DNA of 64,000 nucleotides from Escherichia coli (GTDB lineage Bacteria; Pseudomonadota; Gammaproteobacteria; Enterobacterales; Enterobacteriaceae): NCBI RefSeq assembly GCF_003991155.1, contig NZ_CP031293.1; one strand, 5' to 3'. Shown piece by piece: positions 53,040 to 64,000 of this stretch (position 1 is its first letter; each line of letters starts with the position of its first letter). The notes under the pieces were generated by a model. It saw only the letters and a program-made list of their open reading frames with translations, ran no database searches and was not told where the DNA came from. The position numbers and the translations under genes were made by a program.

Positions 53040-56000
53040 AAATTCTCAGCCTGCGCCTGAAAAACCTGAACTCATTAAAAGGCGAATGGAAGATTGATTT
53101 CACCCGCGAGCCGTTCGCCAGCAACGGGCTGTTTGCTATTACCGGCCCAACCGGTGCGGGGAAAACCACCCTGCTGGACGCCATTTGTCTGGCGCTGTAT
53201 CACGAAACCCCGCGCCTCTCTAACGTTTCACAATCGCAAAATGATCTCATGACTCGCGATACCGCCGAATGTCTGGCGGAAGTGGAGTTTGAAGTCAAAG
53301 GTGAAGCGTATCGCGCGTTCTGGAGCCAGAATCGGGCGCGTAACCAGCCGGACGGTAATTTGCAGGTGCCACGCGTAGAGCTGGCGCGCTGCGCAGACGG
53401 CAAAATTCTCGCCGACAAAGTGAAAGATAAGCTGGAACTGACGGCGACGTTAACCGGACTGGATTACGGGCGCTTCACCCGTTCGATGCTGCTTTCGCAG
53501 GGGCAATTTGCTGCCTTCCTGAATGCCAAACCCAAAGAACGCGCGGAATTGCTCGAGGAGTTAACCGGCACTGAAATCTACGGGAAAATCTCTGCGATGG
53601 TTTTTGAGCAGCACAAATCGGCCCGCACAGAGCTGGAGAAGCTGCAAGCGCAGGCCAGCGGCGTCGCGTTGCTCACGCCAGAACAAGTGCAATCGCTGAC
53701 AGCGAGTTTGCAGGTACTTACTGACGAAGAAAAACAGTTACTTACCGCGCAGCAGCAAGAACAACAATCACTAAACTGGTTAACGCGTCTGGACGAATTG
53801 CAGCAAGAAGCCAGCCGCCGTCAACAGGCCTTGCAACAGGCATTAGCCGAAGAAGAAAAAGCGCAACCTCAACTTGCGGCGCTCAGTCTGGCACAACCGG
53901 CACGAAATCTTCGTCCGCACTGGGAACGCATCGCAGAACACAGCACGGCGCTGGCGCATACTCGCCAGCAGATTGAAGAAGTAAATACTCGCTTACAGAG
54001 CACAATGGCGCTTCGTGCGAACATTCGTCACCACGCGGCGAAGCAGTCTGCAGAATTACAGCAGCAGCAACAAAGCCTGAATGCCTGGTTACAGGAACAC
54101 GACCGTTTCCGTCAGTGGAACAACGAACTGGCGGGTTGGCGTGCGCAGTTCTCCCAACAAACCAGCGATCGCGAGCATCTGCGGCAATGGCAGCAACAGT
54201 TAACCCATGCTGAGCAAAAACTTAATGCGCTTGCGGCGATCACGTTGACGTTAACCGCCGATGAAGTTGCTAGCGCCCAGGCGCAACATGCTGATCAACG
54301 CCCACTGCGTCAGCGCCTGGTCGCGCTGCATGGACAGATTGTTCCCCAACAAAAACGTCTGGCGCAGTTACAGGTCGCTATCCAGAATGTCACTCTGGAA
54401 CAGACGCAACGTAACGCCGCACTTAACGAAATGCGCCAGCGTTATAAAGAAAAGATGCAGCAACTTGCCGATGTCAAAACCATTTGCGAGCAGGAAGCAC
54501 GCATCAAAACGCTGGAAGCCCAGCGCGCGCAGTTACAGGCGGGTCAGCCTTGTCCACTTTGTGGTTCCACCAGCCACCCGGCGGTCGAGGCGTATCAGGC
54601 GCTGGAGCCTGGCGTTAATCAGTCTCGATTACTGGCGCTGGAAAACGAAGTTAAAAAGCTCGGTGAAGAAGGTGCGACGCTACGTGGGCAACTGGACGCC
54701 TTAACAAAGCAACTTCAGCGTGATGAAAACGAAGCGCAAAGCCTCCGACAAGATGAGCAAGCACTTACTCAACAATGGCAAGCCGTCATGGCCAGCCTCA
54801 ATATCACCTTGCAGCCACAGGACGATATTCAACCGTGGCTGGATGCACAAGATGAGCACGAACGCCAGCTGCGGTTACTCAGCCAACGGCATGAATTACA
54901 AGGGCAGATTGCCGCGCATAATCAGCAAATTATCCAGTATCAACAGCAAATTGAACAACGCCAGCAGCAGCTCTTAACGGCATTGGCGGGTTATGCACTG
55001 ACATTGCCACAGGAAGATGAAGAAGAGAGCTGGTTGGCGGCGCGTCAGCAAGAAGCGCAGCGCTGGCAGCAACGCCAGAACGAATTAACCGCGCTGCAAA
55101 ACCGTATTCAGCAACTGACGCCGATTCTGGAAACGTTGCCGCAAAGTGATGAACTCCCGCACAGCGAAGAAACTGTGGTGCTGGAAAACTGGCGGCAGGT
55201 TCATGAACAATGTCTCGCATTACACAGCCAGCAGCAGACGTTACAGCAACAGGACATTCTGGCGGCGCAAAGTCTGCAAAAAGCCCAGGCGCAGTTTGAC
55301 ACCGCGCTACAGGCCAGCGTCTTTGACGATCAGCAGGCGTTCCTTGCGGCGCTAATGGATGAACAAACACTAACGCAACTGGAACAGCTCAAGCAGAATC
55401 TGGAAAACCAGCGCCGTCAGGCGCAAACGCTGGTCACTCAGACAGCAGAAGCGCTGGCACAGCATCAGCAACACCGACCTGACGGCCTGGATCTCAGTGT
55501 GACGGTGGAGCAGATTCAGCAAGAGTTAGCGCAAACTCAGCAAAAGTTGCGTGAAAATACCACCAGTCAGGGCGAGATTCGCCAGCAGCTGAAGCAGGAT
55601 GCAGACAACCGTCAGCAACAACAAACCTTAATGCAGCAAATTGCTCAAATGACGCAGCAGGTTGAGGACTGGGGATATCTGAATTCGCTAATAGGTTCCA
55701 AAGAGGGCGATAAATTCCGCAAGTTTGCCCAGGGGCTGACGCTGGATAATTTAGTCCATCTCGCTAATCAGCAACTTACCCGGCTGCACGGGCGCTATCT
55801 GTTACAGCGCAAAGCCAGCGAGGCGCTGGAAGTCGAGGTTGTTGATACCTGGCAGGCAGATGCGGTACGCGATACCCGTACCCTTTCCGGCGGCGAAAGT
55901 TTCCTCGTCAGTCTGGCGCTGGCACTGGCGCTTTCAGATCTGGTCAGCCATAAAACGCGTATTGACTCGCTGTTCCTTGATGAAGGTTTTGGCACACTGG

Positions 56001-56179
56001 ATAGCGAAACGCTGGATACCGCCCTTGATGCGCTGGATGCCCTGAATGCCAGTGGCAAAACCATCGGTGTGATTAGCCACGTTGAAGCGATGAAAGAGCG
56101 TATTCCGGTGCAGATCAAAGTGAAGAAGATCAACGGACTGGGCTACAGCAAACTGGAAAGTGCGTTTGCAGTGAAATAA
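53036..56179 (+). CDS. sbcC: Nuclease SbcCD subunit C (Rad50/SMC-like ATPase)
   Basis: 1047 aa; Walker [10 protein letters not shown], long Q-rich coiled coil with central CxxC zinc hook (CPLCGS), C-terminal signature/Walker B ([27 protein letters not shown]). Confidence 0.95.
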
Positions 56180-56304
56180 CTATTCAGCAGGATAATGAAT
56201 ACAGAGGGGCGAATTATCTCTTGGCCTCGCTGGTCGTTATCCTGCAAGCTATCACTTTATTGGCTACGGTGATTAGTAGCCGTTCTGGTGGTTGTGATGG
56301 TGGT

Positions 56305-57489
56305 ATGAAAAAAGTCATTTTATCTTTGGCTCTGGGCACGTTTGGTTTGGGAATGGCCGAATTTGGCATTATGGGCGTGCTCACGGAGCTGGCGCATAAC
56401 GTAGGAATTTCGATTCCTGCCGCCGGGCATATGATCTCGTATTATGCGCTGGGGGTGGTGGTCGGTGCGCCAATCATCGCACTCTTTTCCAGCCGCTACT
56501 CACTCAAACATATCTTGTTGTTTCTGGTGGCGTTGTGCGTCATTGGTAACGCCATGTTCACGCTCTCTTCGTCTTACCTGATGCTCGCCATTGGTCGGCT
56601 GGTTTCCGGCTTTCCGCATGGTGCATTTTTTGGCGTCGGCGCGATCGTGTTATCAAAAATTATCAAACCCGGCAAAGTCACCGCCGCCGTGGCAGGGATG
56701 GTTTCCGGGATGACAGTCGCCAATTTGCTGGGCATTCCACTGGGAACGTATTTAAGTCAGGAATTTAGCTGGCGCTACACCTTTTTGTTGATCGCTGTTT
56801 TTAATATTGCGGTGATGGCATCGGTCTATTTTTGGGTGCCGGATATTCGCGACGAGGCGAAAGGAAAACTACGCGAACAATTTCACTTTTTACGCAGCCC
56901 TGCCCCGTGGTTAATTTTCGCCGCTACGATGTTTGGCAACGCAGGTGTGTTTGCCTGGTTCAGCTACGTAAAGCCATACATGATGTTTATTTCCGGTTTT
57001 TCGGAAACGGCGATGACCTTTATTATGATGTTAGTGGGGCTAGGGATGGTGCTGGGGAATGTGCTAAGTGGCCGGATTTCAGGACGTTATTCACCACTGC
57101 GCATTGCAGCAGTGACTGACTTTATCATTGTACTGGCACTGCTGATGCTTTTTTTCTGCGGCGGCATGAAAATAACGTCGCTTATTTTTGCTTTTATTTG
57201 TTGCGCGGGATTATTTGCCCTTTCAGCACCTCTGCAAATATTGTTACTGCAAAACGCCAAAGGCGGAGAGTTATTAGGTGCCGCAGGTGGGCAAATAGCG
57301 TTTAACCTCGGTAGCGCCGTCGGCGCATATTGCGGTGGTATGATGCTGACGCTGGGGCTGGCATATAATTACGTGGCGCTGCCTGCCGCCCTGCTTTCGT
57401 TTGCTGCGATGTCGTCGTTGCTGCTGTATGGTCGCTATAAGCGCCAGCAAGCGGCGGATAGTCCGGTGCTGGCGAAACCAGTGGGGTAG
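56305..57489 (+). CDS. araJ: MFS transporter AraJ
   Basis: ORF 56221..57489; recognised protein MKKVILSLALGTFGLGMAEFGIMGVLTELAHNVGIS begins at 56305. Confidence 0.85.
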   Translation: MKKVILSLALGTFGLGMAEFGIMGVLTELAHNVGISIPAAGHMISYYALGVVVGAPIIALFSSRYSLKHILLFLVALCVIGNAMFTLSSSYLMLAIGRLVSGFPHGAFFGVGAIVLSKIIKPGKVTAAVAGMVSGMTVANLLGIPLGTYLSQEFSWRYTFLLIAVFNIAVMASVYFWVPDIRDEAKGKLREQFHFLRSPAPWLIFAATMFGNAGVFAWFSYVKPYMMFISGFSETAMTFIMMLVGLGMVLGNVLSGRISGRYSPLRIAAVTDFIIVLALLMLFFCGGMKITSLIFAFICCAGLFALSAPLQILLLQNAKGGELLGAAGGQIAFNLGSAVGAYCGGMMLTLGLAYNYVALPAALLSFAAMSSLLLYGRYKRQQAADSPVLAKPVG

Positions 57490-57499
57490 ATTGCAGTCA

Positions 57500-57600
57500 C
57501 GTTGCGCGTTGCTTATTGCCGGATGCGGCATGAACGCGTTATCGGCCTGCGGTTCCGGCACATTTTGCAGGCCTGATAAGACGCGGCAAGCATGATGCGC
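57500..57600. repeat. REP/BIME palindromic units between the convergent araJ and mak
   Basis: gccggatgcggcatgaacgcgttatcggcctgc and gcaggcctgataagacgcggcaagca, typical REP-type sequences. Confidence 0.65.
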
Positions 57601-57616
57601 CAATTGCCTGGGTTTT

Positions 57617-58525
57617 TTACTCTTGTGGCCATAACCACGCAGCGCCGCGTACGCCGCTGGAATCACCGTGCTTCGCCTTACGCACCGGCGTTTCACATTC
57701 GCCGCCGAAGACAAATTGTTTAATCAACTGCGGAACCGTTTGATATAAACGGTCTACATTGCTCATCCCGCCCCCCAGGACAATCACATCCGGATCGAGA
57801 ATATTCACGACATGTGCCAGCGATTTTGCCAGCCGCAGCTCGTAGCGACGCAATGCCAGTTCCGCTACCGGATCGCTTTCTTCAACCAGGCGGATAATTT
57901 CACTGCCTTTCAGCGCATGTCCGCTCAAACGACGATAATCCGTCGCGAATCCCGTGCCCGAAATAAAGGTTTCAATACAACCTTGTTTACCGCAATAACA
58001 AGGGACTTCCTCGCGATAACGCAGTTCGTCTTCGTCCATCCACGGTAGCGGATTGTGTCCCCACTCACCTGCCGTGCCATTGCCGCCGATATGCGCCCGC
58101 CCATTGAATGCCACGCCCGCGCCGCATCCCGTGCCGATAATCACGGCAAATACCGTCTGCGCTCCCGCTGCCGCGCCATCTACTGCTTCTGAAACCGCCA
58201 GACAGTTGGCGTCATTTGCCAGCCGCACTTCCCGCTGCAACCTCGCGCTTAAGTCTTTATCGAATGGCTGACCGTTGAGCCAGGTTGAATTGGCATTCTT
58301 CACCACGCCGGTGTAAGGCGAAATTGAGCCAGGAATGCCCATACCTACCGTTCCGCGCTGCCCTGTCGCCTGCTCCGCCATATCAACCAACGTGGCGATC
58401 GTTTCAATAGTCTGCCGGTAATCATCACGCGGCGTGGGCAGACGATGGCGGTACAACTGCTCCCCTGCATCGCCCAGTGCAATCACTTCAGTTTTGGTGC
58501 CGCCTAAATCGATACCTATACGCAC
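57617..58525 (-). CDS. mak: Fructokinase / manno(fructo)kinase Mak (ROK family)
   Basis: ORF 57617..58663; recognised protein (V)[31 protein letters not shown] probably starts at GTG 58525. Confidence 0.85.
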   Translation of the reverse strand: MRIGIDLGGTKTEVIALGDAGEQLYRHRLPTPRDDYRQTIETIATLVDMAEQATGQRGTVGMGIPGSISPYTGVVKNANSTWLNGQPFDKDLSARLQREVRLANDANCLAVSEAVDGAAAGAQTVFAVIIGTGCGAGVAFNGRAHIGGNGTAGEWGHNPLPWMDEDELRYREEVPCYCGKQGCIETFISGTGFATDYRRLSGHALKGSEIIRLVEESDPVAELALRRYELRLAKSLAHVVNILDPDVIVLGGGMSNVDRLYQTVPQLIKQFVFGGECETPVRKAKHGDSSGVRGAAWLWPQE

Positions 58526-58649
58526 GGTACTCTCCTTATTTTTTTCAATATCAATAGCGTAGAGACGGACAACCGGATTGGCAATGCAAGGCCGCCGACA
58601 ATTCGTTATCATGCCCGCTAAATTTAACGACAAGGCCGTGGAAATTATC

Positions 58650-59561
58650 ATGCTGTGGTTCAAAAATTTAATGGTTTACCGTCTTAGCCGCGAGATTTTG
58701 CTGCGTGCAGAAGAGATGGAAAAACAGCTAGCCTCGATGGCATTTACCCCATGCGGCAGCCAGGACATGGCGAAGATGGGCTGGGTTCCTCCGATGGGAT
58801 CGCACAGCGATGCGTTAACGCACGTTGCCAATGGTCAAATTGTTATCTGCGCGCGCAAAGAAGAAAAAATCCTCCCGTCTCCGGTGATTAAACAGGCGCT
58901 GGAAGCGAAAATCGCCAAACTGGAAGCGGAACAGGCGCGTAAGCTGAAGAAAACCGAAAAAGATTCGCTGAAAGACGAAGTGCTGCACTCTCTGCTACCG
59001 CGTGCTTTCAGCCGTTTTAGCCAGACAATGATGTGGATCGACACGGTTAACGGTTTGATTATGGTGGACTGCGCCAGCGCCAAAAAAGCGGAAGATACGC
59101 TGGCACTGTTGCGTAAAAGCCTGGGGTCGTTACCGGTTGTACCATTGAGCATGGAAAACCCGATTGAACTGACGCTGACCGAATGGGTACGTTCCGGCAG
59201 CACGGCACAGGGTTTCCAGCTGCTTGATGAAGCCGAGCTGAAATCGTTGCTGGAAGATGGCGGCGTGATCCGCGCGAAGAAACAAGATCTGACCAGCGAA
59301 GAGATCACCAACCACATTGAAGCCGGAAAAGTGGTGACTAAACTGGCGCTTGACTGGCAGCAGCGCATTCAGTTTGTGATGTGCGACGATGGTTCGCTCA
59401 AGCGTCTGAAGTTTTGCGACGAGCTGCGCGATCAAAACGAAGATATCGACCGTGAAGATTTCGCCCAGCGCTTTGATGCCGATTTCATCCTGATGACTGG
59501 TGAACTGGCAGCGTTAATTCAAAACCTGATTGAAGGATTAGGTGGCGAAGCACAACGTTAA
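58650..59561 (+). CDS. rdgC: Recombination-associated protein RdgC
   Basis: ORF 58578..59561; recognised protein [50 protein letters not shown] begins at 58650. Confidence 0.9.
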   Translation: MLWFKNLMVYRLSREILLRAEEMEKQLASMAFTPCGSQDMAKMGWVPPMGSHSDALTHVANGQIVICARKEEKILPSPVIKQALEAKIAKLEAEQARKLKKTEKDSLKDEVLHSLLPRAFSRFSQTMMWIDTVNGLIMVDCASAKKAEDTLALLRKSLGSLPVVPLSMENPIELTLTEWVRSGSTAQGFQLLDEAELKSLLEDGGVIRAKKQDLTSEEITNHIEAGKVVTKLALDWQQRIQFVMCDDGSLKRLKFCDELRDQNEDIDREDFAQRFDADFILMTGELAALIQNLIEGLGGEAQR

Positions 59562-59580
59562 TTGCTGATTTGCCTTTAAT

Positions 59581-59613
59581 GCCGGATGCGACGCCTGCGG
59601 CGTCTTATCCGGC
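59581..59613. repeat. REP-like palindrome downstream of rdgC
   Basis: gccggatgcgacgcctgcggcgtcttatccggc. Confidence 0.6.
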
Positions 59614-59638
59614 GTACGAATCCACACCAGGCATATAA

Positions 59639-60094
59639 TCATTCGCTACGGCGGGCAATAATTTTTAGCGCAGCAATATTATGCGTCTTACGCCGTAACT
59701 GATCTAATCGTCTCATCCCTATTCGCCTGTCAGCAGCACGCAGAATATTCACTAACCCCCATTTATCGCTGGTAAATTGTTTTGTTAACAGCTCCGCTTT
59801 TGGGGTATCAATATATTCACGCAATAAATCTGAAATTGAACAAATATCCGTCAGGTATGGATACCAGCAAGTTTCACCGTGAAAATTACGCACTCCACCG
59901 TTACCTGCAATAAAGTCTTTCGGGTAATCCCAGACCACGTTTTTATCCAACGTGATCCAATAACGAGGTAAATCGGTGCTTCCACCATTTTGGCTGCGCA
60001 TGGGATAACGGGTACAGTGAATTTGCAGGTTGATCGTTGGCGTCAGTATGTCATAGATCTCCCGTTGTAACTTGCTCCATGGGCGTTGTGTCAT
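59639..60094 (-). CDS. Hypothetical protein (ykiA-like ORF), possibly a gene remnant
   Basis: 151-aa ORF MTQRPWSKLQREIYDILTPTINLQIHCTRYPMRSQNGGSTDLPRYWITLDKNVVWDYPKDF...; occupies the rdgC-ppnP interval where I recall ykiA in K-12; identification uncertain. Confidence 0.4.
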   Translation of the reverse strand: MTQRPWSKLQREIYDILTPTINLQIHCTRYPMRSQNGGSTDLPRYWITLDKNVVWDYPKDFIAGNGGVRNFHGETCWYPYLTDICSISDLLREYIDTPKAELLTKQFTSDKWGLVNILRAADRRIGMRRLDQLRRKTHNIAALKIIARRSE

Positions 60095-60579
60095 TGTTTT
60101 TCCTCAAGCCGGTGACGCGCTTCACTGCGAATTTTCCGCGTTGCCCCGGTTTTCACTAAATCACGTAACAGCGAAAGATCGGGTTGATCGACAAATAAGA
60201 GTAATGATGGATCCTCTTTTAATCACATCGTTTTCACATCGGCAGCCAACTGTGGATTATTAATAACCAACGCCCGATCCTGAGGCTCAGTCAATGTCGT
60301 TAACAAAGACGCCGGGGTATGTGCGTTGCGCAATGCCGTTTGGCGCAAATGATCATTGCGACTTTGCAGCAATGCACGCCACCATTCATCATCTGATTTA
60401 TCTTTTATCGTCGCCAGTTCCGCAACAATATCTGGAGATCTTCGCTGATATTTATATCAACCTTGATGAATTATGAATATATCGGAAATCGAAAAAATCC
60501 TAGCAAAGGAAATATTATTATGGGTTAAAGAGAGGACATTTCAGAAAAATGCCCTCCCGTTCAAGGGGAAGGCGAGAAA

Positions 60580-60864
60580 TTACAGATAGCGGCACAGATA
60601 AGAGGTGGGTTCGGCAACTTGCAGATGAAACTCGCTGTGACCGGGAACATTAAACACCGAACCGGCTTCATACACTTGCCAGTCGGTCGCGTCAGGCAGT
60701 AACACATTCAGCGCGCCACTGATTACCGTCATCTCTTCAGGCTCAGCGGTGCTGAAGGTGTATTCGCCTTCAACCATAACACCCACGCTGGCGCGACCAG
60801 TGCTGCTGCTGGAAAAGCCGATCGATTTCACTTTGCCGGAAAAGTACTCATTACTTTGAAGCAT
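60580..60864 (-). CDS. ppnP: Pyrimidine/purine nucleoside phosphorylase PpnP (YaiE)
   Basis: 94 aa [82 protein letters not shown]. Confidence 0.9.
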
Positions 60865-60935
60865 AAACTGGCCCTGTCTGGTAGTTGAACATCTACTTCA
60901 CTATAGGGGCCAGAGGCGCTGGCTGTCACGCAAAA

Positions 60936-61613
60936 TTACACCAGTAATTCCGCAGCCAGCCGTGCAATCAATACGTTAGAGAGCAAGACAGGAACATCGA
61001 GCTGTTTTTGCAGTAAATCGCGATGACGCTGGTTAAATCCCAAACAATCCAGCATGATGACATCTGCACCTTTTGCCAGTAATTCTTTCCCGGCATCAAT
61101 GATTTTTTGTTCCGAATCATGAATGGGGTTACCCAATGAAAATACTGGCGGTTTCTGCAAAATTTGCCATTTTTGCGCCTGAACGGTCAGCAACTCCTCA
61201 ACCGGTACGATAACCCCCACCTGATGATCTTCAACAATAGAGGAAACCAGCGGAGGCAATATTCGCGACGGCTCAAGAAAGATCGTATTACGCGCAGTCA
61301 TACTACTAATGTTTGCTGTACTCATTAATAAAATGACGTCATAACCCTGATTATCGAGCACTTCAACCACACCTTGCAGGTCTCGTTCCACTTTGCGACG
61401 CGAAACATGGGCCAGCTGGTTGTCATTTAATAATGTGAGAATTGTGTCTTCACCTGCTTCTGGCGCGTACTCCGCCATCACTTCTTCGCGGCTTAACTTC
61501 CCCAGCAGGCTATGATGGGAAATATTATCTTCGTCAATGTATTCTGTCAGGAGCGGCAAAACTTCCTGCATAGGTACAATGCCGATGGTCAGGATCGCCA
61601 ACGACGCACTCAT
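60936..61613 (-). CDS. aroM: Protein AroM
   Basis: 225 aa [59 protein letters not shown]...; downstream of yaiA and aroL. Confidence 0.85.
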   Translation of the reverse strand: MSASLAILTIGIVPMQEVLPLLTEYIDEDNISHHSLLGKLSREEVMAEYAPEAGEDTILTLLNDNQLAHVSRRKVERDLQGVVEVLDNQGYDVILLMSTANISSMTARNTIFLEPSRILPPLVSSIVEDHQVGVIVPVEELLTVQAQKWQILQKPPVFSLGNPIHDSEQKIIDAGKELLAKGADVIMLDCLGFNQRHRDLLQKQLDVPVLLSNVLIARLAAELLV

Positions 61614-61870
61614 TGTTCTTCCACCTTACTTTTATTTCGTCGTTAATTACCGGGCAAGCGCTAAGCACCACTGCTGACACTTACCTGTGCTACAAATGAC
61701 AAAAAGCGTAGCAGCAGACCTGCACGGCATAATGTAAAGATTCCAAATGATTCCAGTAATGGATTGTTATTGTTTAATATTCTAATTATTTGAAAAACAT
61801 GAATTGTGAAAAATGTGACGCAGATCCCTTGTGGTGGCACTCAGAATCCCTTCCGAGCAGTCTGATGCGG

Positions 61871-62071
<201 letters not shown>

Positions 62072-62111
62072 TTATTTCACGGGATGAACGTTAAGTATAG
62101 GCGCTCGAAAA

Positions 62112-62636
62112 TCAACAATTGATCGTCTGTGCCAGGGCACTGCGAATTTCAGAAATCACCTGGCTGGGTTCGTTTGTTGCGTCGATAATAATATGCGCAA
62201 CTTCGCGATATAGCACATCGCGTTCTTCCAGCACTTCCTGAACTTCTTCGCTCAGCGGTTTTCCCGTTAAGGTTGGCCGTAAATCTTCTTCCGGTGCAGC
62301 TTGCAGTCGGTTAACCAGGACTGATACTGGCGCACACAAATAAACCACGATCCCGTTATTTTGCATGAAGTGACGATTAAATTCCGTCAGAATAATGCCG
62401 CCGCCTGTAGCGATAACGGTGGATGGCGCAGTTACCGCTTCCAGCGCCGCCGTTTCTCTGGCACGGAATCCCGCCCACTCTTCCCTTTCGACGATCTCCG
62501 CGACCGTCATATTGAGCTGTGATTGCAACCACTGATCGGTATCAACAAACCGACGGTTAAGCGAATCGGCAAGGGCCATTCCGACCGTTGTTTTACCACA
62601 GCCCCGAGGCCCGATCAGAAAAAGAGGTTGTGTCAT
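62112..62636 (-). CDS. aroL: Shikimate kinase II
   Basis: 174 aa [40 protein letters not shown]..., P-loop GPRGCGKTT. Confidence 0.95.
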   Translation of the reverse strand: MTQPLFLIGPRGCGKTTVGMALADSLNRRFVDTDQWLQSQLNMTVAEIVEREEWAGFRARETAALEAVTAPSTVIATGGGIILTEFNRHFMQNNGIVVYLCAPVSVLVNRLQAAPEEDLRPTLTGKPLSEEVQEVLEERDVLYREVAHIIIDATNEPSQVISEIRSALAQTINC

Positions 62637-62702
62637 CGTGGGTTTTCCCCAATAGGTCGCAATGCGGCGAAAGCCGGTGTCATGAGAATAGCGATCATAC
62701 CA

Positions 62703-62817
62703 TCAAACTAGTACAATTTCGATTGTAAAGAAAAAATTCCACTTAAGGTGGAAATCTCAATACATCCCTTACTATACCAATAAATATTCAAGAATGAAGT
62801 GTAAATAATAAATTACA
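62703..62817 (-). promoter_or_regulatory. aroL control region with TyrR-box-like and TrpR-operator-like elements
   Basis: tgtaaa-taataa-attaca at 62800-62817 (TGTAAA-N6-TTTACA-like), tgtaaagaaaaaattcca at 62724-62741, and actagtaca at 62708-62716 (TrpR-like ACTAGT core). Assignment rests on motif resemblance only. Confidence 0.4.
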
Positions 62818-62818
62818 T

Positions 62819-63277
62819 TTAGCCACGACTACGTTGCACTTCCAGCCACCACTTCTCCAGCTCCGCGGCAAAGGCCTGGCGGTCACGTTGTGAAAGGCTA
62901 TCTGGTCCCCCGGTCTGGATCCCACTGGCACGTAAGGTATCCATAAAATCGCGCATCGTCAGGCGCTCACGAATGGTCGCTGGCGTATAACGTTCGCCGC
63001 GAGGATTAAGCGCCGCCGCGCCTTTCTCGATGGCTTCAGCAGCCAAAGGTATATCTGCGGTGATCACCAAATCGCCCGCTTCACACTGCCGGACAATTTC
63101 GTTATCGGCAACGTCGAAACCTGCCGCGACGCGCAGCGTACGAATAAATCGCGATGGCGGCACGCGTAAACTCTGGTTTGCTACCAGTACCAGCGGCATC
63201 TGCATACGTTCCGCCGCGCGATACAAAATCTCTTTAATTACATTGGGACACGCGTCGGCATCCACCCAAATTGTCAT
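62819..63277 (-). CDS. yaiI: UPF0178-family protein YaiI
   Basis: ORF 62819..63397; recognised protein [62 protein letters not shown] begins at 63277. Confidence 0.85.
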   Translation of the reverse strand: MTIWVDADACPNVIKEILYRAAERMQMPLVLVANQSLRVPPSRFIRTLRVAAGFDVADNEIVRQCEAGDLVITADIPLAAEAIEKGAAALNPRGERYTPATIRERLTMRDFMDTLRASGIQTGGPDSLSQRDRQAFAAELEKWWLEVQRSRG

Positions 63278-63396
63278 AAAGTCATCCTTTGTTGGGTAAT
63301 CCTCTATTGTGTCGCGCTTTTGCCTTCCGGCATAGTTCTGTTTATGCTTCTGCCAGCGATTATCAAAACAATGAATTTCACGGCAGGAGTGAGGCA

Positions 63397-64000
63397 ATGG
63401 AAAAGAAAATCGGTTTTATTGGCTGCGGCAATATGGGAAAAGCCATTCTCGGCGGTCTGATTGCCAGCGGTCAGGTGCTTCCAGGGCAAATCTGGGTATA
63501 TACCCCCTCCCCGGATAAAGTCGCCGCCCTGCATGACCAGTTCGGCATCAACGCCGCAGAATCGGCGCAAGAAGTAGCGCAAATCGCCGACATCATTTTT
63601 GCCGCCGTTAAACCTGGCATCATGATTAAAGTGCTTAGCGAAATCACCTCCAGCCTGAATAAAGACTCTCTGGTCGTTTCTATTGCTGCAGGTATCACAC
63701 TCGACCAGCTTGCCCGCGCGCTGGGCCATGACCGGAAAATTATCCGCGCCATGCCGAACACTCCCGCGCTGGTTAATGCCGGGATGACCTCCGTAACGCC
63801 AAACGCGCTGGTAACCCCAGAAGATACCGCTGATGTGCTGAATATTTTCCGCTGCTTTGGCGAAGCGGAAGTAATTGCCGAGCCGATGATCCACCCGGTG
63901 GTCGGTGTGAGCGGTTCTTCGCCAGCCTACGTCTTTATGTTTATCGAAGCGATGGCCGACGCCGCCGTGCTGGGCGGGATGCCACGCGCCCAGGCGTATA
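63397..64000 (+). CDS. proC: Pyrroline-5-carboxylate reductase, N-terminal part (gene runs off the window end)
   Basis: ATG at 63397 preceded by RBS aggagtgagg; [45 protein letters not shown]... (Rossmann GxGxxG); absent from the ORF track because no stop lies within the window. Confidence 0.85.
   Translation, partial: MEKKIGFIGCGNMGKAILGGLIASGQVLPGQIWVYTPSPDKVAALHDQFGINAAESAQEVAQIADIIFAAVKPGIMIKVLSEITSSLNKDSLVVSIAAGITLDQLARALGHDRKIIRAMPNTPALVNAGMTSVTPNALVTPEDTADVLNIFRCFGEAEVIAEPMIHPVVGVSGSSPAYVFMFIEAMADAAVLGGMPRAQAY

Noticed and set aside
53700-55700. Repetitive Gln/Leu/Ala-rich sequence that could be mistaken for a repeat array or CRISPR-like structure
   Set aside because: It is the coiled-coil region of sbcC (Rad50-like), with a central CxxC zinc hook; this is protein-level low complexity, not a DNA repeat array with spacers.

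Overview
This window is an Escherichia coli-type chromosomal backbone, read in the opposite orientation to the usual K-12 map. The gene order is ppiD'-hupB-lon-clpX-clpP-tig-bolA-yajG-ampG-cyoABCDE-[insert]-yajR-yajQ-panE-yajL-thiI-xseB-ispA-dxs-yajO-pgpA-thiL-nusB-ribH-ribD-nrdR-yajI::IS-tsx-yajD-[insert]-secF-secD-yajC-tgt-queA-acpH-[insert]-malZ-proY-brnQ-phoR-phoB-sbcD-sbcC-araJ-mak-rdgC-ykiA-ppnP-aroM-yaiA-aroL-yaiI-proC'. Gene calls rest on my recognition of the translated ORFs; no database search was run. Four segments look like accessory insertions, judged from my memory of K-12 gene order, which needs confirming by alignment. (1) About 2.3 kb between cyoE and yajR carries a DUF1778-antitoxin/GNAT-toxin pair, a secreted Sel1-repeat protein, a small ORF and a striking nested palindrome. 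(2) An IS200/IS605-family element sits inside yajI, with an apparently intact tnpB but a decayed tnpA. (3) A ParD/ParE-like toxin-antitoxin pair lies between yajD and secF. (4) A 1.65-kb AT-rich insertion between the convergent acpH and malZ stops encodes a 481-aa protein I cannot assign to any family; it contains an in-frame 12-nt tandem repeat and A7 runs. This last gene is my best candidate for an undescribed function. No rRNA, tRNA or CRISPR array was seen. ORF-track starts sometimes use alternative start codons or extend upstream of the likely true start; I trimmed these where the protein N-terminus was recognisable.
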